Shown here: positions 56,980-64,000 of the stretch, piece by piece
How the letters are laid out: the number at the start of each line of letters is the position of its first letter
Position numbering within the stretch: position 1 is the stretch's first letter
NCBI GenBank assembly: GCA_034430835.1
Contig: DAOUDX010000220.1
Coordinates: 344-64,343 of the forward strand
Origin: Anaerolineae bacterium
GTDB lineage: Bacteria; Chloroflexota; Anaerolineae; B4-G1
Direction: 5' to 3'
DNA length: 64,000 nucleotides
Notes under the pieces: generated by a model
What the model saw: only the letters and a program-made list of their open reading frames with translations
Database searches by the model: none
What the model was told of the DNA's origin: nothing
Made by a program: the position numbers and the translations under genes

Positions 56980-59556
56980 CTACGTCAGCCGCTCCCGCGC
57001 TTTGGCGCTGATATAGTCCATGCTCCACACCATGGCCACGACGGCCCACACGGTCACTCCCACCGCTCCGTAATCGTCCAAGCCTATCCAGATCCGCATC
57101 TGCTGGCCGATGCCGCCGCCCCCGGCGAAACCGATGACGGTCGACATGCGGATGTTGATATCCCATTGGTAGAGGATGTAGGCCAGGAAGCGCGGCACAA
57201 GCTGCGGGACTACGGCGTAGATCAGCGTCTGCAACCGGTTGGCCCCGGTCGAGGTGACTGCCTCCACCGGCCCTGCGTCGATCTCCTCGATGGTCTCGGA
57301 AAAGAGCTTGGCCAAGTTGGGAATGTTGTTGATGGCCAGCGCCAGCACGCCGGCGAAGGGCCCAAATCCCACCCAACTGGCCCAGATGACGGCCAGGATC
57401 ATCGGCTCGACCGAGCGCCACAGGTTAAAGATGAAGCGAGACACGGTGTAGACCGCCCTCCCCACGATGCTATTCCCCATCATGTTGCGCGCGCCCAAAA
57501 AGCTCAACGGGATGGCGAAGAGCGAGCCCAACGTGGTCGCCAGCAGCGCCATCAGCAGCGTGACGATGGAGAGATTGAGAACTGTGCCGGTCGCCTCGCT
57601 GGGTCTCGGACCGCCGACGACCTCCTTCCAGGTGATGGCTACGCTCCCGGCCTCGGTCTGCCCTGTGTCGGGGTTGATCTCCAGCAGAGGGTGCACCTTG
57701 GTCTCCAGGCGGAAGGTGCCCGATCCATCGGTGTCGCAGCAGTCCTTCTGGATGCGCAGGTAGCGCTCGCCGCTGAGGAGCCAGCGCACCGAGACGCGTG
57801 TGTCGGGCGGCAGCTCGTGCCCCGTGATCACCAGGTCCTCGCCGACGGCGGCGCAGGAGAGCGAAAGATCGACCCGCGGCCCGCTCTGCAGCGGAGGAAC
57901 GGCCTTGCCCGCGCCGCAGGGAACGGGCAGGACGGCGGTGACGCTGTGTTCCTCGGTGGGCCGGGTGATCAGCTCAGGTGTGAGGAATCGTTGAGCGATG
58001 TGCAGGCCTTCGGGAATACTGCCAAGGAACTCGACAACGTTAATTTGCGCGACCTGCCACGACCACACAAACAGCGCGACGAAGCAGACTACCAACAAGG
58101 CCGGCACGCCGTAGCGCCGGAACGGGCCGTGCCGCTTGGTGGCTGGCACCCCCTCGATGATGCGCTTGCGCAGGGCCGCGCTGGCAAAGTCCAGGATCGC
58201 GACGATCAGGACGATAGCGATGATGGACGTGGCCATGGCGTTGTACTTGCCCAGGCGGATCCACTGGATCACCAGGAAGCCCAGGCCGGCGTCGCTCACC
58301 AGGCCGATCACGGTCGACATGCGCACGTTGATGTCCCAGCGGTAGAGGGTGAAGGACATGAATGACGGCATGAACTGGGGCAGCACGGCGTAGACGACGA
58401 CCTGCAGCCAGTTAGCGCCGGTGGCGCGGACGGCCTCGATCGGCCCGGGATCGATCCCCTCGATGGCCTCCGAGTAGAGCTTGCCTAACGCGGCGACGGA
58501 GTGGAGAAACAATGCCAAGGTGCCGCCAAAAGGCCCCACCCCGACCCACACGGCAAAGATGATAGCCCAGATCAATGTCTCGATCGAGCGGGTGATGTTC
58601 AGCAGCATGCGCACCACGTAATAGACAATGCGCGAGATGGGGCTGCTCCACATCAGGTTGCGCGAGGCCAAGAGGCCGCAGGGAATAGCAATGGGAATTG
58701 CCAGCGCCGTGGCGATAAAGGCCAGGGCGATGGTCTCGCCGGTCTTTTCCAGGACCAGGCTCATCGTCTGTGTGGGCTGGCGCGTCCCGTAGGGCTTGTG
58801 CTGGCGCACCTCGATGCGGTGCGTCTGCGTCTCGCCCGGCACAGGCAGTCTGTCGATGGGCACCGCCGTTGTGGGCACGTCCAGGGAGACCTGGAACTTG
58901 CCCTCTCCATCGGTGACGACCGTCAACTGCTCTTTGTCCTTGATGATCTTTTGCCAGTCGCCGATGGGGTTCTGCCACCATACCTCCGCCTCAAAATCGG
59001 GGAAAAAGCCCGCGCCTTCCACAACGATCGTCTCGCCCGCGGCGGCGCAGGAGACGTTCGCACTCAGACTGGGATCTTGCGAGGCGCTGATATCCGGCTC
59101 AGGCAGCGGGTCGATGCAGGGGACCTGGATGGGCACGTTGCCGATGCGGTCCTCGGTGGGGTATTCCATCAGCTCTGGATCGAACAAGGCGCTGACGATG
59201 GGCTTGGCGCGCGGCCAGCCGGTGATGATGCGCTGCGGGTCGAGCTCCGTCGCTCGTATTCCCAGAGCGTAGACGATCAGGGCGGCCAGTAGGAACGGCG
59301 CGGCGGTGCCGGAGGGACGATTCCGCATGCGCTGAATGGCGTCCCAGACACCCCAGAGCCACACGGCCGCCAGGGGAACGAAGAGGATGAGCGTCTGCTG
59401 CCACAGAATCAGGCCGACGAGGGCGGCCACCGTGACGAGGAGACCAATCCCCCTGGTGCGCTCACCCTGCAATATCTGTCCCAGGCCGGGGATGGCAAGA
59501 GAGGCGAGCGCCTTCAGCCACGAGGTACGGGAAGTGCGTTCGGTCGTGGGTTCCAT
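56980..59556 (-). CDS. phnE: fused double PhnE-type phosphonate ABC transporter permease, each half carrying a Cys-containing extracytoplasmic insert
   Basis: 858-aa ORF. It carries two PhnE signatures: YSEAIEGIDPGPIEAVRATGANWLQVVVYAVLPQFMPSFMSFTLYRWDINVRMSTVIG and FSETIEEIDAGPVEAVTSTGANRLQTLIYAVVPQLVPRFLAYILYQWDINIRMSTVIG. Confidence 0.85.
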   Translation of the reverse strand: MEPTTERTSRTSWLKALASLAIPGLGQILQGERTRGIGLLVTVAALVGLILWQQTLILFVPLAAVWLWGVWDAIQRMRNRPSGTAAPFLLAALIVYALGIRATELDPQRIITGWPRAKPIVSALFDPELMEYPTEDRIGNVPIQVPCIDPLPEPDISASQDPSLSANVSCAAAGETIVVEGAGFFPDFEAEVWWQNPIGDWQKIIKDKEQLTVVTDGEGKFQVSLDVPTTAVPIDRLPVPGETQTHRIEVRQHKPYGTRQPTQTMSLVLEKTGETIALAFIATALAIPIAIPCGLLASRNLMWSSPISRIVYYVVRMLLNITRSIETLIWAIIFAVWVGVGPFGGTLALFLHSVAALGKLYSEAIEGIDPGPIEAVRATGANWLQVVVYAVLPQFMPSFMSFTLYRWDINVRMSTVIGLVSDAGLGFLVIQWIRLGKYNAMATSIIAIVLIVAILDFASAALRKRIIEGVPATKRHGPFRRYGVPALLVVCFVALFVWSWQVAQINVVEFLGSIPEGLHIAQRFLTPELITRPTEEHSVTAVLPVPCGAGKAVPPLQSGPRVDLSLSCAAVGEDLVITGHELPPDTRVSVRWLLSGERYLRIQKDCCDTDGSGTFRLETKVHPLLEINPDTGQTEAGSVAITWKEVVGGPRPSEATGTVLNLSIVTLLMALLATTLGSLFAIPLSFLGARNMMGNSIVGRAVYTVSRFIFNLWRSVEPMILAVIWASWVGFGPFAGVLALAINNIPNLAKLFSETIEEIDAGPVEAVTSTGANRLQTLIYAVVPQLVPRFLAYILYQWDINIRMSTVIGFAGGGGIGQQMRIWIGLDDYGAVGVTVWAVVAMVWSMDYISAKARERLT

Positions 59557-59569
59557 GTGGCTTCCCCCT

Positions 59570-60343
59570 TTACGCCGCCAGCTCGCCGCCGACGGTGACC
59601 ATCTCGGCTTCCTCGCCGTACACCTCCTTGAACCGCTCGCGGGTCAGTTCCTTGGGAAGTCCCTCGAAGACCTTTTCGCCGTCCTTCAGGCCGACGACGC
59701 GGGTGGCGTAGCGATGTACCAGGTCCAGGAAGTGCAGGCTACAGAGGACCATGATGCCGTCCTCTCGGTTCAGCAGCTCCAGGTATCGCAGGATCGAATG
59801 GGCCAGCACGGGGTCGAGGCTGGCCACCGGCTCGTCGGCCAGGATCAACTGGGGTTCCTGCATCAGCGCGCGGGCGATGCCGACGCGCTGCTGCTGCCCG
59901 CCGGAGAGCTGGTCGGCGCGCTTGTTGGCCTGCTCCGCGATCCCCACCCGCTCCAGGGCTGCTATGGCCCGTTGGTGCTCCTCGGCTGGAAAGATGTGAA
60001 CGAGGCTGCTCCAGGGGTTGGCGTATCCCAGGCGGCCGGAGAGGACGTTGGTCAGCACCGAGGAGCGCTTGACCAGGTTGAACTGCTGAAAGACCATGCC
60101 GATCTGGCGGCGGATGTGGCGCAGTTCCTCTCCCTTGGCGGCGGTGGCGTCGACGCCGTTCCAGATGACGCGCCCTGCGGTAGGCTCGATCAGCCGGTTG
60201 ATGCAGCGCAGCAGGGTCGATTTGCCCGATCCCGACAGCCCGATCACGGCCAGGAACTCGCCTTCTTCCACCTCGAAACTGATGTCGTGCAAGCCGACCG
60301 TGCCATCGGGGTAAACCTTGGTTAGATGTTCCACTTGTAGCAT
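59570..60343 (-). CDS. phnC: phosphonate ABC transporter ATP-binding protein
   Basis: ORF track 59570-60445 (GTG). ATG at 60343 ([15 protein letters not shown]...) follows GGAGG. Walker [10 protein letters not shown], signature [15 protein letters not shown], Walker B LILADEP. Confidence 0.9.
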   Translation of the reverse strand: MLQVEHLTKVYPDGTVGLHDISFEVEEGEFLAVIGLSGSGKSTLLRCINRLIEPTAGRVIWNGVDATAAKGEELRHIRRQIGMVFQQFNLVKRSSVLTNVLSGRLGYANPWSSLVHIFPAEEHQRAIAALERVGIAEQANKRADQLSGGQQQRVGIARALMQEPQLILADEPVASLDPVLAHSILRYLELLNREDGIMVLCSLHFLDLVHRYATRVVGLKDGEKVFEGLPKELTRERFKEVYGEEAEMVTVGGELAA

Positions 60344-60461
60344 GGCGCCTCCCTGTGATTGGGATTCGGAAGACAGATTGTAAAATATGAATGAATTCGA
60401 TCGTTGAATCAGAATTGCGTGAGGGCGGGTCTGCCCCGCCCCCACGCGATGTTTACTGCCG

Positions 60462-61361
60462 TTACTTTGCTAGTTCTTCGATGTCCATTCCAGCCGCGCT
60501 CAGGTCGGCGCGGAATGCATCGTAGAAGGAATCGTCGGCCTTTTCCAGCCCGTCGATGGAGTAGAGCGAATTCAGGGCTGCCTGTCCATCCTCACTCGCG
60601 GAGATATCCAGCAGCGCCTGGGTGATCTGGTTACGTACGTCCGCAGGGACATTCTTGGCAAACGCCACGGTGTCGTTGGGGATTTCGGTCGTGGTAGCTA
60701 AGATGGAGACCACGTCCTTCACGTCAGCATAGTCCTCCTCAATCGAGCTGCGTGCGTCGGAGTAACAAGCGCCGGCGTCACAGTCGCCGTTGTAAACTGC
60801 TGCGACGACGTTGTTGTGCGAGCCGGCCTCCACCTGCTTGGCAAAGTCGACGTCGGGATCGATTCCGTTGGCCTTGAGCATGATGCGCGGGATGATGTAC
60901 CCGGACGTGGAGTTGGGGTCCACCCAGCACATGGTCTTGCCCTTGAGATCCGCCAGCGACGTGATGCCGCTGTCGGCGCGGACAATGATCTCGCCTGTGT
61001 AGAAGTTGGTGCCGAAGCGCACCGTCACGAGAGCAACGTCCACGCCGTACTTTTCGTTGGCCAGCACGTAGTTGAAGGTGTTGAGCCAGCCGATGTGGGC
61101 CTTGCCCGCGCCCATCGCCTCGCGCACGGCGGCAAAGTCGGTGCCGACGTTGGCCTTGACGACCAAGCCGGTCTTGTCGGTGATCATCTGGGCGATCGCA
61201 TCGCCGCTGGCGATGATCTCCTCGGTATCGCCCGACGGGACGAACGACATGATGATGGGGTTCTTTTCAGTGCCCAGCTTGGCCGGGCAGCACCCGGTCA
61301 ACGTCCCCGCAGCTATCAAGGCCACAACTGCAATCAATACGAGTACGCGCTTTGTATTCAC
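60462..61361 (-). CDS. phnD: phosphonate ABC transporter substrate-binding lipoprotein
   Basis: ORF track 60462-61394. GTG at 61361 has GAGGAGG 9 nt upstream. Lipobox LTGCC. ...IIMSFVPSGD...AHIGWLNTFNYVLA...YTGEIIVRADSGI...DPNSTSGYIIP fits PhnD. Confidence 0.85.
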   Translation of the reverse strand: MNTKRVLVLIAVVALIAAGTLTGCCPAKLGTEKNPIIMSFVPSGDTEEIIASGDAIAQMITDKTGLVVKANVGTDFAAVREAMGAGKAHIGWLNTFNYVLANEKYGVDVALVTVRFGTNFYTGEIIVRADSGITSLADLKGKTMCWVDPNSTSGYIIPRIMLKANGIDPDVDFAKQVEAGSHNNVVAAVYNGDCDAGACYSDARSSIEEDYADVKDVVSILATTTEIPNDTVAFAKNVPADVRNQITQALLDISASEDGQAALNSLYSIDGLEKADDSFYDAFRADLSAAGMDIEELAK

Positions 61362-61536
61362 CTTATTTATCCTCCTCTTTTGAGATTTGAGCAAAGCGGC
61401 TTACGACTAAGTGCATCTATGGTGTATCTCGCAAACACCACCCCCTTTCAAGGATTCGCTGCTTGCCGGTGAATCTCGTGATAGAAAAGTGTGGATAGAA
61501 CAGAGGTTTACTTTTCGTCAGTGCATCCCGGGGATA

Positions 61537-61565
61537 AGTATATCCCTCTTTGTCCTAGGCTGCAA
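61537..61565 (-). promoter_or_regulatory. candidate promoter giving a ~170-190-nt leader for phnD
   Basis: The minus strand reads TTGCAG (61565-61560), 17-nt spacer, TATACT (61542-61537). The -35 is weak. Confidence 0.3.
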
Positions 61566-61617
61566 GTGTGAGTTTCGCTCGTGGTCGGACTTGTAAGGAG
61601 AAGAGGCTGGGAACTGA

Positions 61618-62808
61618 TTACTCTTCACCTGCCAACTGGTGACCGATAGCTTCCATCACTGCCTGGTGCACTCGTTTGAGGGGAACACCCTGCTCTGTGG
61701 CGATGCGCTGGCAATCCCGGTACTCCGGTGTGACGTTCAGCACCATCTCACCACGTCGGGCCACCTTGACGTCGATCGGGCCGTAGACCGTTTCGACAGA
61801 GACGATCTCACGCTTCAGCTTCCAACGCCGCACCGGGTGTGCGCGCGCGCCGATGGTCGTCGTCTCGGCGAACAGGATGTCGAGCGCGTCTGCCACGCGC
61901 TCCTCCGGCACGAGCACGCTCAACTGGGTGGCGGGCCGCCCGCGCTTCATCTGGATCGCCGTCAAGAAGACGTCCAGCGCCCCGGCAGCGAACAGCCGTG
62001 CGGTGACATGCTCGTACCATTGGGGGTTCATGTCGTCGATGTTGGTCTCGATCAGGGTAGCGTTGTCTTCTTCGTGGCTTTCTGCCTTCTCGTCCACTTC
62101 ACCCACAGAGAGGCGCAGCTGGTTGGGGATTGGCAGCTCGCGGGTGCCTGCCCCGTATCCGATCTGCTTCACGCGCATCATGGGCACGCCGCCGAACGAT
62201 TCCGTCACGGTGGTGAGGATCGCCGCGCCGGTGGGGGTGACCAGCTCCGCGTCCACGTCTCGCCCATAGATGGGCACGCCCTGTAGCAATTCAAGCGTCG
62301 CCGGGACGGGTACCGGTAGGATGCCGTGGGCGCATTCGACCGCGCCGCGCCCGACGTGGACAGGGGAGGCATAGACCCGCTCCACGCCCAGCAGCCACAG
62401 GCCGATAGCCGCGCCCATCACGTCCACGATGGCGTCCATCGCGCCTACCTCGTGGAAGTGGATCGATTCGACCGGCGCGCCGTGCACCTTGGCCTCCGCC
62501 TGTGCCAACCGGCGGAAAATAGCCAGGCCTCGTGCCTTGACCTCCTCCGGCAGGTCGCTGTCCTGGATGATCTCTTCGATGTGGTGCAGGTGCCGCTCCA
62601 CACCCTGCTCCGATACCTCGATCTCGATGTGGGTGCCACGTATCCCGTGCCGCTTGACAGCCTCGACCTTGACCGTGTAGCCGGAGATGGGCAGGCGGGC
62701 CAGCTCCGCCTCCAGCCGCTCCAGCTCCAACCCGGCGTCGAGCAGCGCGCCGAGAACCATATTGCCGCTGACGCCGGAGAAGCAGTCGAGGTAAGCGATG
62801 GTTGCCAT
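61618..62808 (-). CDS. larC: nickel-pincer cofactor biosynthesis protein LarC (nickel insertion, DUF111)
   Basis: 396-aa ORF. MATIAYLDCFSGVSGNMVLGALLDAGL... and ...HFHEVGAMDAIVDVMGAA... Confidence 0.9.
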   Translation of the reverse strand: MATIAYLDCFSGVSGNMVLGALLDAGLELERLEAELARLPISGYTVKVEAVKRHGIRGTHIEIEVSEQGVERHLHHIEEIIQDSDLPEEVKARGLAIFRRLAQAEAKVHGAPVESIHFHEVGAMDAIVDVMGAAIGLWLLGVERVYASPVHVGRGAVECAHGILPVPVPATLELLQGVPIYGRDVDAELVTPTGAAILTTVTESFGGVPMMRVKQIGYGAGTRELPIPNQLRLSVGEVDEKAESHEEDNATLIETNIDDMNPQWYEHVTARLFAAGALDVFLTAIQMKRGRPATQLSVLVPEERVADALDILFAETTTIGARAHPVRRWKLKREIVSVETVYGPIDVKVARRGEMVLNVTPEYRDCQRIATEQGVPLKRVHQAVMEAIGHQLAGEE

Positions 62809-62845
62809 GGGAGTTCCTTTCAGAAGAGCTAATATCTGCCAGCAA

Positions 62846-62909
62846 GGGGAGTAAGGAGTAGGGAGTAAGGATTAGAGGGAGTTCCCCTACTTCTTACTCC
62901 CTACTCCTC
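62846..62909. repeat. intergenic heptamer-tandem palindrome (GAGTAAG/GAGTAGG units) between larB and larC
   Basis: ggGGAGTAAGGAGTAGGGAGTAAGGattagagggagttCCCCTACTTCTTACTCCCTACTCCtc. Confidence 0.85.
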
Positions 62910-62927
62910 TTTTTACAAAGGTTCTTC

Positions 62928-63674
62928 TCATTGGTTAATCAAGTGCGCCGTGTACCCTGCGCCGAACCCATTATCGATGTTGACCACCGCCACGCCTGGC
63001 GCGCAGCTATTGAGCATGGTCAGCAGCGCCGATAGCCCGCCGAAGCTGGCTCCGTATCCGATGCTGGTGGGCACGGCGATGACCGGGCGGCTTACCAGCC
63101 CCGAAACGACGCTGGCCAGCGCGCCCTCCATCCCCGCCGCCACGACCAGCACGTTGGCCGCCATGATCTGCTCGCGGTTGCCCAGGAGGCGGTGGATGCC
63201 TGCCACGCCGACATCGTAGAGCCGCTCCACTGGGCTGCCCAGCGTCTCAGCGGTCACGGCGGCCTCGTCAGCCACAGGGATGTCGGCGGTGCCCGCGCTG
63301 ACCACGAGCACCGTGCCCCGCCCGCTCTGGGGCGCTGGCCCGCCGACGACGATCATGCGCGCGGCGGTGTGGTAGACGGCGTCAGGGAAGGCCGCCTGCA
63401 CCGCCTCGGCCACGTCGGCGCTGGCGCGGGCGGCCATCACGCGCCCCTCCCGCTCCCGTATCCGCGCCACGATCTGCACGATCTGCTCTGTGGTTTTGCC
63501 GGGGCAAAAGACCACCTCCGGGAACCCCTTGCGCAGGCTGCGATGGCTATCCACCCGGGCGAAGCCGCCGACGTCCTCGTAGGGAAAGCCGCGCAGCCGT
63601 TCGAGAGCATCCTCCACGCTGAGGGTGCCTTGCTGGACGTTCTCTAGCAACTCGCTGAGCCATCGGGGGTTCAT
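62928..63674 (-). CDS. larB: nickel-pincer cofactor biosynthesis protein LarB (AIR-carboxylase-like)
   Basis: 248-aa ORF. ...ARVDSHRSLRKGFPEVVFCPGKTTEQI...VLVVSAGTADIPVADEA...VVAAGMEGALASVV... Confidence 0.9.
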   Translation of the reverse strand: MNPRWLSELLENVQQGTLSVEDALERLRGFPYEDVGGFARVDSHRSLRKGFPEVVFCPGKTTEQIVQIVARIREREGRVMAARASADVAEAVQAAFPDAVYHTAARMIVVGGPAPQSGRGTVLVVSAGTADIPVADEAAVTAETLGSPVERLYDVGVAGIHRLLGNREQIMAANVLVVAAGMEGALASVVSGLVSRPVIAVPTSIGYGASFGGLSALLTMLNSCAPGVAVVNIDNGFGAGYTAHLINQ

Positions 63675-63741
63675 AGATGTTCTCCAGGTGTGAGGTTTCT
63701 AGAAATGATACACGGGAACGGGAGTGTTTAATCACTTGAGC

Positions 63742-63810
63742 GGAAGTAGGGAGTAAGAAGTAAGGGGGAAAGAAATCTCTACTTACTCCCTACTCCATAC
63801 TTCTTACTCC
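63742..63810. repeat. heptamer-tandem palindrome (same GAGTAAG family) abutting the larE stop codon
   Basis: GGAAGTAGGGAGTAAGAAGTAAGGGGG-aaagaaat-CTCTACTTACTCCCTACTCCATACTTCTTACTCC. The right arm contains the larE stop (63804-63806). Confidence 0.85.
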
Positions 63811-64000
63811 TTGTCCTCAATAGATACATTCAGACTCCCCCGCCGATATCCTTCCAGGTCGAGTGTCACGTAAGCATGGCCCAACTCTTTGAATCGGGCG
63901 ATGATTTGCGCGCGTACCTCCGGCTGCGCCAGGCGGGTGATTTCTTCGGGTGGCACCTCGATACGGGCGACGTCTCCGTGATCCCGCACCCGGAGATCGC
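63804..64000 (-). CDS. larE: LarE (ATP-dependent sacrificial sulfur transferase), C-terminal fragment; N-terminus beyond window end
   Basis: The frame is open to the window edge. ...VRDHGDVARIEVPPEEITRLAQPEVRAQIIARFKELGHAYVTLDLEGYRRGSLN resembles LarE C-termini and sits upstream of larB-larC. Confidence 0.7.
   Translation of the reverse strand, partial: DLRVRDHGDVARIEVPPEEITRLAQPEVRAQIIARFKELGHAYVTLDLEGYRRGSLNVSIEDKE

Noticed and set aside
14972-58365. Other long plus-strand ORFs (e.g. 14972-16015, 16798-17772, 22816-23715, 36945-38021, 39833-41107, 45833-47338, 48649-50142, 56743-58365, 59336-60325)
   Set aside because: Each is antisense to a minus-strand gene with clear family motifs. Their translations are low-complexity (R/G/A/P/H-rich) and lack start-site signals.
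61480-61500. GATAGAA direct repeat upstream of phnD as a Pho box
   Set aside because: The 14-nt spacing and the sequence do not match the 11-nt-phased PhoB/PhoP boxes I know. I kept it only as a generic regulatory candidate.

Overview
High-G+C bacterial chromosomal segment, roughly mid-60s % by eye, with two visibly lower-GC patches. I can support 44 protein-coding genes, and 42 of them are on the minus strand, many joined by 1-4 nt stop/start overlaps. Gene content and repeat flavour look Chloroflexota-like, but that is inference only. All family names come from motif recognition by eye, not from searches.

Layout:
- **1-5784:** a thioester-containing alpha-2-macroglobulin lipoprotein. It is missing from the ORF track because its stop lies off-window.
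- **5.9-33.5 kb:** an unusually dense envelope-glycosylation locus. It holds eight ArnT/PMT-like GT-C membrane glycosyltransferases that share a C-terminal beta-rich module, plus YfhO, DUF2079, an MprF-type flippase-like protein and a CelD/FemAB-like GNAT. It is interrupted by a low-GC orphan UvrD-like helicase and by a low-GC DUF11/lectin-like secreted protein with its own strong promoter.
- **33.6-45.7 kb:** envelope and DNA-repair genes (macro domain, S41 peptidase, CapA-like, L,D-transpeptidase, MrfB-like exonuclease, Ogt, HAD, FGGY kinase). The fpg/mutM gene here is cleanly split by a 200-bp MITE with a CTAG target duplication.
- **45.7-50.4 kb:** my best candidate for an undescribed system. 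A RelE/ParE toxin-antitoxin pair with its own promoter is followed by two coupled paralogous P-loop NTPases. One is fused to an Mrr-like nuclease. The other is fused to a long (G/S)-V-x-x glycine-zipper membrane region and a wHTH.
- **50.4-64 kb:** RumA-like methyltransferase, Ntn hydrolase, nitroreductase, DUF1385, HNH protein, two GT2 genes (one with an in-frame TGA), phnDCE with a fused double PhnE, and larE-larB-larC.

The window is peppered with small palindromic repeats. These are heptamer-tandem hairpins, G/C-homopolymer units and a 'PELVEG/SLSKGE'-type element, and several sit in frame inside genes. I saw no rRNA, tRNA, CRISPR array, transposase or integrase. Most long plus-strand ORFs in the track are antisense shadows of minus-strand genes.
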